From assembly GCA_030453295.1 (NCBI GenBank), contig JAKDKQ010000001.1, positions 4,355 through 68,354 of the forward strand: a stretch of DNA of 64,000 bases, written 5' to 3'. The DNA comes from Janibacter sp. (GTDB taxonomy: Bacteria > Actinomycetota > Actinomycetes > Actinomycetales > Dermatophilaceae). The notes under the pieces were generated by a model. The model saw only the letters and a program-made list of their open reading frames with translations. It made no database searches and was not told where the DNA came from. How positions within the stretch are numbered: the stretch's first letter is position 1; each line of letters begins with the position of its first letter. Shown here in pieces: positions 57,864 through 64,000 of the stretch. A program made the position numbers and the translations under genes.

Positions 57864-58666
57864 CACGCCGGGACCTTCTCTGTCGTGTAGGAGATCGAGG
57901 TGCGCAGTGTCTGCACCAGACGGCTGGCGCGGCGGCGCACGGTGATCGGTGAGACGCCGTGCATCTGGGCGACCTCGCGGCAGACCTCGTTGCCCAGTAG
58001 TCCCGCGTACCCACGTCCCGCGCGAGCGACCCCACGTCGATCGGCCGTCTCGGCGACGTCCATCAACAGTCCCCGTTCGCTGGTGGTGAGCACACCGAAC
58101 CGGCATGCCCGCTCGAGCAGCTCGGCCAGTTCACGTTCGGGTGGAACGTCCGCCGGGTCGGCGACCATGTGGTTCCAGATCCCCTCGGTCGGGGCGACGG
58201 GGGCGCAGCGTGCCCATGACGCCTCGGCGGCCGCGCCCACTCCCAGGTCACGCATGACCGACTTGCGGGTGTTCATCAGGATGTTGGCAGCGACCCGGTG
58301 GCCCCGCTTCCATGGGAAGGTGCGTGCTTCCACCCACAGCTGCGCGGCGAGGACCTCGTCGATGGTGGGGGTCAGCGTCGCCATCCGTGCTGCGAGCAGG
58401 CTCACTCCGGGCAGGAGCAGCCACGCCAGCACGCCTGTCGCGGCCACGTCGTCGCCACCTTCCGGTGAGCTCAGCTCGGCCAGGGCGAGCAGCATCGCGT
58501 CCGCTTCGTCCCGTTCGGCACTGCGGACATGGTCGGGAAGGTCCGCAAGGTCCTCTACCTCTGCCAGCACGGTGTGCTCGCGCTGCCAGGCGGACCAGCG
58601 TTGGCGCGCCAACGCCAGTACGTCGCTGTCCGGATCGTCCAAACCCAGGTGCTTGGCTACCGACAT
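57863..58666 (-). CDS. Sigma-70-like / HTH regulator heading the transfer operon
   Basis: RBS GAAAGGAA; region-2-like LAWLLLPG...LWVEARTFP; C-terminal HTH CREVAQMHGVSPITVRRRASR. Confidence 0.6.
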   Translation of the reverse strand: MSVAKHLGLDDPDSDVLALARQRWSAWQREHTVLAEVEDLADLPDHVRSAERDEADAMLLALAELSSPEGGDDVAATGVLAWLLLPGVSLLAARMATLTPTIDEVLAAQLWVEARTFPWKRGHRVAANILMNTRKSVMRDLGVGAAAEASWARCAPVAPTEGIWNHMVADPADVPPERELAELLERACRFGVLTTSERGLLMDVAETADRRGVARAGRGYAGLLGNEVCREVAQMHGVSPITVRRRASRLVQTLRTSISYTTEKVPA

Positions 58667-58726
58667 CTCGAGTTCCTTTCGCCGTGTGGACACGGCTGGA
58701 ACGTCTCGAATGGTCATCCCCGGGTT

Positions 58727-58813
58727 CGTACCCCTCTTCCTCCGCCGACTGGGGGTACGGCGCGATCAGCGAGGGGGTACATGCCCTCTGACCTGCGGAA
58801 ACGCTCGTACCCC
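58727..58813. promoter_or_regulatory. Cluster of four GGGGTAC half-sites in the divergent promoter region
   Basis: CGTACCCC 58727, GGGGTACG 58752, GGGGTAC 58774, CGTACCCC 58806. Confidence 0.55.
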
Positions 58814-58943
58814 AAGTCCTCGCAGACTCTCCCCGGCCGAGGGGCTTGCGCTCGTCGCTCAGTGGAGGTCTCCCGCGGGCCACAGGAGCGCTTCGACGGG
58901 TTTGGTTCGGAGCCGCTCCTGTGGATAGTCATCGTGCGATGCC

Positions 58944-59753
58944 GTGGACCGACGGCATGATGGCGTCATGGCAGTCACGGTGCATCCGACGGTCCACGAG
59001 GTCTTCGACGCGGCCGGGTGCGCCCTCGATGACTCCGCCTCGGTCCGTCGGATGCAGGCGCACCACCGGCAGGATGTCGCCCGCACTGACGTCGAGTTCC
59101 TCCAGGAGCGGGTGAGGCTTGGCACTGATGTCGCACTCGCGCGCCAACGTCAGGGCCAGCGTCCATCCGATGCTGCGCATGAGGTCGACCGAGCGATTGT
59201 GCGTGTGCTCGCCCCGGTCGCTCACGAACTCGCCGCGTGGCGCTCCATGCGCGAGATCGGAGAGCCCGACGCGGTGATCGCCGTGCGGGCCGGAGTCGCT
59301 CTCACGCTCATCGCTTTGGCTCTGGATGGGATCCCCGGGCGTCCCCGCGAGCTGCTCGTGCAGACCCAGCTAATCGAGGCCGCGCGACGGTGGAGAGCCG
59401 GTAGCGATGAGGCTGAGGTGGCTGACGCCTTCGACCGTTCCCGGTGGTGGCTGCGGAGGGCGAAGCGTTCTGGTCGCCTGTGGCTCGCACCTGATCGACT
59501 CCGGTTGACCGACGTAGCCGAGTGCGTGGGGGTCACCTCGGCCCTTGTGGGTCTCTGGGCGCGCCGAGGGCTGCTCCCTCCACCGGATGGGCGTGAGGTT
59601 CAAGGCCGATGGTGGTGGCGCACCACCATCGATTCTTGGGCTGAGACCAGTCTGCGGCACCGATGCCTGCACTGCACGGCTCGGCTGCCGTCACTCACCG
59701 GCCTTCGGGTTCACGTCACGAAGGTGCACCACGGGGCGGCACGGCAGGTCTGA
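58944..59753 (+). CDS. DNA-binding protein with AlpA/MerR-like HTH and C-terminal C2H2 finger
   Basis: LTDVAECVGVTSALVGLWARRGLLPPPD...WWWRTTIDSW; CLHC-x12-HVTKVH. Confidence 0.62.
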   Translation: MDRRHDGVMAVTVHPTVHEVFDAAGCALDDSASVRRMQAHHRQDVARTDVEFLQERVRLGTDVALARQRQGQRPSDAAHEVDRAIVRVLAPVAHELAAWRSMREIGEPDAVIAVRAGVALTLIALALDGIPGRPRELLVQTQLIEAARRWRAGSDEAEVADAFDRSRWWLRRAKRSGRLWLAPDRLRLTDVAECVGVTSALVGLWARRGLLPPPDGREVQGRWWWRTTIDSWAETSLRHRCLHCTARLPSLTGLRVHVTKVHHGAARQV

Positions 59754-59756
59754 CGA

Positions 59757-62700
59757 TCAACTCGCTCGACGCGCACGTTCGGCCCAGTCTTTACCGGCCA
59801 CGATCTGCTGAGTCCGGTCGGGCAGCTCGGGTGGTGCCCCGTCATCGTCGGAGCGGTTAAACACCTGCTCCCGCAGGATGCGGTCGGCCTCGCTCCCGTG
59901 TCCTTCGGCGTCGGCAACGGCGGCCAGGTCCAGCCTGGGGATTTCTTCCTCTGGTGCTGCCAGGGCTGCTGTCTCCGCCGCGAGCCGGGCTCTCTTGAGG
60001 TCCCCGGCCTGAAGGCTGAAGGTGGTCACCAGGTGCGCGACATCGACGATGGCGCAGATCATGTGCTGGTCGAGGCGGTCGCCTTCTGAGAGCCAGTACC
60101 AGCCTCCGGGGCGTAGCCCGTCGAAGGGTCGTCCGTTGACCAGGCGCAGCGCGGCGTCGAGGTCATCGACGCCGGCAGGGCCTTGGGCCTCGCCGCGCGC
60201 ACGCAGTCGACGGAACAGGTCCGCGTCGACGAGCACGTCCAGGACCTCGTAGACGCCTTGTCCGCGGAGCTGCGCCGCGGGGCTCTTGCGGGCGTCGGGT
60301 AGGTGCGGCGACCCGGTGTTGGGGTTGGTCCCGAGCCAGTCGCGCACGATGTTCACGTAGTCGCGGGTCTTGGCTGGTGTGATGCCGAAGGCGTCGGCCA
60401 CCTCGTTGGGTGTCGCCCCGGTCGGGCGGGTGGCCAGGTAGGCCAGCATCTCCGTGTAGTAGGGCTTGCGTTTGGTGACTGCGTGTCCGCGCGTACGCGC
60501 GGACACCGGGCCCAGCAGGGTGAGGCGGGGCAAGTGACAGTCCGCGTCCCACCATGCCGCCAGGTCCGCGTCCAGCTGGGGGTCGGCCTCACGCACGGCG
60601 TGACTGACACGGGCTGGGACTCGGGGCGACAGCGCCTGCAGGTCCTCGCTGGTCGTGGCTCCTGTGTGGATGTACTCCGCGTCGGCGTGCTGGAGCACCG
60701 AGTCGGTCTCTTCCCTGTCGTCGGCCTCCTCGCGCGCCTTGACGTGCTCCTCTCTCAGAGCACCGGCTTCGTCGGTCCAGGTACGCCACCCCTCGGTCAC
60801 GTCCTCACGCACCGGGATGGCAACGTCATCGAGCTGTTCTCCCTGAGCGAGGACGGCCGCACATCCGCGGGCCTCGTCGCTGGTCAAGCCGACCGCGACG
60901 AGCTCCAGGCCCACGGATGGAATGGTGATGCGTCCCTCTGCGCTGACGTGCACCTCGAGGCCCTCGGTGCGTTCGCTCTCCCCCCGCACGACGACACTCG
61001 CTCCCGTGTGACCTGCGTGAGTCGCCAGAAGATCCAGCAGCTGATCCAGAGCGTCCGGACGCTCGGAGGCTGCGTCGACCAGCAGCATCCGGGCGTGCCA
61101 CGTGTCAGCTCCGGTTTGCCGGGCGCGGGCCGTGGCGACATCGGTCCCGGCCTCTCTCGCCCGGTCGATCGTTGCGACCGCGTCGGCGAGCACTTCCGCC
61201 GCCGGGTCCGCGCCGGTGTGGGTGTTGATCCTGTCGGGATCCATCGCTGCTACCTCCTCGGCCACGCCGACCAGGTCGACGCGCACTCCGTGAGACCACG
61301 GATTCACGGCTAGTTCGGCGGCCAGGTATCGGGCGACGTCGCGCCCTCGGTCGGGGTCGCCGGTGATGCTCAGGTCGAGCTCCTCGAGATTCAGCAGCCA
61401 CGTCTCATCAGAGCTTGTGGCGCCGATCGTGGCCAGCAGCGGGAACGGGGCCGGTTGGTCGGGGACCAGCTCACCCACGGCCTCCAGCGCCGCTTCACCC
61501 CCGGGCAGGTACCAGTGCAGGTGGTCCTCGCTCCCCTCCCAGGGGCCGGCCAGGTCACTGGGTGAGGACAGGTGCAACCCGATCCGTGTCCGGTTCAGTT
61601 CCACGGCCGCGACCCTTGGCATCGAGTCGTCGTTCTTCGCCTGTGTCACCGCGAGTCGGCGCAAGGCGTGGTCCATGCGCTCGATGGTCGGGGCGGTAAT
61701 GGTTCCCGCTGCCGTGATGGTCTTCTCGACGACGCCCAGTGACGGTGTCGGCGTGGCGATCATCCGACCGGCTCGCCGGTGTCGGTGCTGGGTGCTGCGG
61801 CGCCGCTTGAGCTGGATCAGGATCGCCCCGGCGAGTACCGCACCACCACCGGTGAGACCAACGAGCATCCACGAAGAGACCCCGTCGGCGGGCGACTCCG
61901 GTGCTGCTTGGGGCGCTGGTGTGGGCCGTTCCTGCTCGGTGGGTGCGGCAGGTGCCGTTGCTCTGTGAGGTTGGGGCTCATCCGCAGTTGTGTCGGCTGG
62001 GTTCGGCTGGGCACTGGGTGCCGGTTCCTCTGGAGCGTCCTGTGCAGGGCGCTGTTCTGGCTCGTGGGAGCTGGCCGTACTCGCCGGGATCGTCAGTGTC
62101 ATTCCCGGGTCGATGACGTCGGGATCACTCACGTCATCGTTGGCGGCGACGATTCGGGGGTACTCGCTCGCATCTCCCAGCTCGCTCGCCGCGATCTCGG
62201 AGAGAGTGTCTCCGGGCTGCACCGTGACGGTGTGCTCCCTCCCGGCTTCGGGTGGGGCCGGGATCTGCAGGACGGTGCCGGGGTCGAGGAAGCCCGGGTC
62301 CTCGCCCAGGACGTCACGGTTGAGGTCGCGGATCTCCCCGTAGCGCAGCCCGTCGCCCAAGTGCGCCTCGGCGATCGACCACAGCGACTCCCCCGGGCGA
62401 ACAGTGTGCGGCGTTGTCGCAGGACTCTGCTCCTCTTGCGTCTGCTGCCCGGTCATCCTCTGCGGCGTCGTCGTCGCTGGAGTGGCTTGGGGAGTGGTCG
62501 CGGTGTCCGGTGCGGCGGTGGTGGTCTGGATGGTGGTCACGGTCGCTGCTTGCGCCATCCCGACGCTGCTGGTGGCGGTGAACAGCAGCAGAGCTGTTCC
62601 TACCAGTCCTCGCACGGCCGTTCGGGGGCCACGAAGGGTCGACCCCGACGGGGTGCTGCGGGTCCTGCCGCGTGCCCGCGCGATCACCTCGGCCGCGATC

Positions 62701-62921
62701 AGGGCGGCCATCCCGGCCCACGCCGCCCAACCCAGGGCTTTGATCGTGCGCAGCGCAAGCGTGCCGTCGTCGGCGTGGGTCAGTGCCTGCCACACCTGGC
62801 TCCCGGTGGGTGGCGTGTCGGGGAGCACCGCGGGGCCGATGGTCCACAGCGCCGCTGGCAGCCCGAGGAGGATGGCCAGCAGCGCGATGCTGGCAGCCAG
62901 GCCAAGGAGACGTCGCTTCAT
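59757..62921 (-). CDS. Membrane protein with two LysM domains and a C-terminal BTAD-like domain
   Basis: HTVRPGESLWSIAE, VTVQPGDTLSEIA; TM segment; LTLLGPV...LAYLA...ALRLVNGRPF. Confidence 0.85.
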   Translation of the reverse strand: MKRRLLGLAASIALLAILLGLPAALWTIGPAVLPDTPPTGSQVWQALTHADDGTLALRTIKALGWAAWAGMAALIAAEVIARARGRTRSTPSGSTLRGPRTAVRGLVGTALLLFTATSSVGMAQAATVTTIQTTTAAPDTATTPQATPATTTPQRMTGQQTQEEQSPATTPHTVRPGESLWSIAEAHLGDGLRYGEIRDLNRDVLGEDPGFLDPGTVLQIPAPPEAGREHTVTVQPGDTLSEIAASELGDASEYPRIVAANDDVSDPDVIDPGMTLTIPASTASSHEPEQRPAQDAPEEPAPSAQPNPADTTADEPQPHRATAPAAPTEQERPTPAPQAAPESPADGVSSWMLVGLTGGGAVLAGAILIQLKRRRSTQHRHRRAGRMIATPTPSLGVVEKTITAAGTITAPTIERMDHALRRLAVTQAKNDDSMPRVAAVELNRTRIGLHLSSPSDLAGPWEGSEDHLHWYLPGGEAALEAVGELVPDQPAPFPLLATIGATSSDETWLLNLEELDLSITGDPDRGRDVARYLAAELAVNPWSHGVRVDLVGVAEEVAAMDPDRINTHTGADPAAEVLADAVATIDRAREAGTDVATARARQTGADTWHARMLLVDAASERPDALDQLLDLLATHAGHTGASVVVRGESERTEGLEVHVSAEGRITIPSVGLELVAVGLTSDEARGCAAVLAQGEQLDDVAIPVREDVTEGWRTWTDEAGALREEHVKAREEADDREETDSVLQHADAEYIHTGATTSEDLQALSPRVPARVSHAVREADPQLDADLAAWWDADCHLPRLTLLGPVSARTRGHAVTKRKPYYTEMLAYLATRPTGATPNEVADAFGITPAKTRDYVNIVRDWLGTNPNTGSPHLPDARKSPAAQLRGQGVYEVLDVLVDADLFRRLRARGEAQGPAGVDDLDAALRLVNGRPFDGLRPGGWYWLSEGDRLDQHMICAIVDVAHLVTTFSLQAGDLKRARLAAETAALAAPEEEIPRLDLAAVADAEGHGSEADRILREQVFNRSDDDGAPPELPDRTQQIVAGKDWAERARRAS

Positions 62922-63340
62922 CGTTCCTGACCGTTCACGACGTGCGCGATCCGGGCTTCGGCTTCGCCGTGAACGGTGAAGCCAGTGATGCCGATGATCC
63001 CGAGAAAGGTGGTCTCGTAGGTGTCGGTGGTGGTGATGTGCACCGTGTCACTGTCCACCACGGTGGCGGTTCCGTTCATGTTGGACGCGTCGAGATACCG
63101 CTGAGCGGCCTGCTGTCCCGCGCTCGGATCGGCGGCGACTCCCTCACCCCGCACTGCGGTGGGGACCTGGATCTCTTGGCCCGCGGTGCGCGCTGCCTGT
63201 CGGGCCACGTCTTGAGCGTTTTGCTGTGCGTAGACCTTGCCGCCCAGGTCAACAGCGATCCCCACCAGCATGATCATCACGAATGCCGAGGTGACCACCC
63301 AGATGCTGACCGATCCACGCTCGGATTCGATCCGGTTCAT
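62918..63340 (-). CDS. TadE/TadG-like pseudopilin
   Basis: ERGSVSIWVV...GIAVDLG...AQDVARQAAR. Confidence 0.82.
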   Translation of the reverse strand: MNRIESERGSVSIWVVTSAFVMIMLVGIAVDLGGKVYAQQNAQDVARQAARTAGQEIQVPTAVRGEGVAADPSAGQQAAQRYLDASNMNGTATVVDSDTVHITTTDTYETTFLGIIGITGFTVHGEAEARIAHVVNGQER

Positions 63341-63347
63341 GCTGATG

Positions 63348-63779
63348 TCACCGTCCTCGGTAGGTGTCGATGGGTGAACGGACCGTGGCTGTCACGGTGT
63401 GGGATCCGGGCACTCCTGGTAGGGCGAGGTCGCTCAGGGGTACCTCGCAGCTGACCGTGGCGGTGATCTGGGCGGGGGTGCCGACTGGGGCGCTGAAACC
63501 GGTGGTGTCCACCGTCACCGTCGTGGCGACACAGTCCAGCTGTTGGTTGTTCAGCGTGGACGTGGCGTTCGAGGTTGCCGACGCTTCGGCTTCGCTCTGG
63601 GTGCGGGCGATGGATGCCGAGCGAGCGGCGTCGTTGGCGGCTGCTTCGACGGCCTGCTGAGCGATGGTCACGCGTCCGGCCATGAAGATCAGCGCGACGA
63701 ACAGCATGAACGCCGGGGCGAGGATCACCGTTTCGATGACCATCGACCCCTCCTCGTGATGCAGCCGGCGAGGTTTCAT
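63348..63779 (-). CDS. tadE: TadE-like pseudopilin
   Basis: EEGSMVIETVILAP prepilin motif, AANDAARSAS, SPIDTYR. Confidence 0.85.
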   Translation of the reverse strand: MKPRRLHHEEGSMVIETVILAPAFMLFVALIFMAGRVTIAQQAVEAAANDAARSASIARTQSEAEASATSNATSTLNNQQLDCVATTVTVDTTGFSAPVGTPAQITATVSCEVPLSDLALPGVPGSHTVTATVRSPIDTYRGR

Positions 63780-64000
63780 TGGGTGATCCGTTCCACCGGG
63801 ACGGTGGCTGACTGGGTGACCTGCAGGGACCATCCGGGGATCACGCTCATGCTGACTCCCGAGACGGTCACTGTGGACGCGGTGGCCGTCAGGCTGCTGT
63901 TGATGCTGACGCCTCGGAGTACGTCCTCCCCCCCGGCGGCCGCGATGAAGTCCGCGGCCGCTGCGGTGCCGTTCCCTTGCTGTTCGCTGCCGGCGACGCG
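63776..64000 (-). CDS. TadE-like pseudopilin, C-terminal part (truncated by the window edge)
   Basis: Open frame ...TVTVSGVSMSVIPGWSLQVTQSATVPVERITQ*, with ATGA overlap onto the next tadE. Confidence 0.65.
   Translation of the reverse strand, partial: RVAGSEQQGNGTAAAADFIAAAGGEDVLRGVSINSSLTATASTVTVSGVSMSVIPGWSLQVTQSATVPVERITQ

Larger units (their letters stand above)
33912..64000. mobile_element. Backbone of an actinobacterial MobF/T4SS-type conjugative element (ICE or plasmid); probably extends across the whole window
   Basis: Relaxase, coupling protein, VirB4, VirB6-like protein, peptidoglycan hydrolase, ParB, DUF932 and Tad pilins. No integrase or att site is visible. Confidence 0.88.

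Overview
High-GC actinobacterial DNA that looks like the interior of a conjugative element (ICE or conjugative plasmid; no integrase or replicase lies in the window). The right half (about 33.9-64 kb) is backbone: AAA ATPase, ParB-like protein, DUF932, probable oriT, a MobF relaxase-helicase-primase fusion, VirD4/VirB4/VirB6-like transfer genes, a triple-domain peptidoglycan hydrolase, a LysM-BTAD protein and TadE-like pilins. The left end (1-6 kb) holds element-type hypothetical genes, followed by an intact IS1380-family element and a two-component system. The main finding is a cargo biosynthetic cluster of about 22 kb (11.7-33.6 kb). It has an unannotated 22-aa precursor (MFNDVMVEEETTDEVSAIDFGC, 25029-25097, minus strand) directly upstream of a radical SAM/SPASM maturase and two JmjC/cupin oxygenases. 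These sit with a lipolanthine-like acyl module (amino-acid 2-monooxygenase, nitrilase-family amidase, CoA ligase, ACP, KAS III, KR, two acyltransferases, GNAT, PPTase) plus ABC and MMPL exporters, but there is no lanthipeptide synthetase. It is best read as a candidate new class of fatty-acylated, radical-SAM-crosslinked RiPP carried on a mobile element. All family calls come from motif recognition by eye, not database searches.
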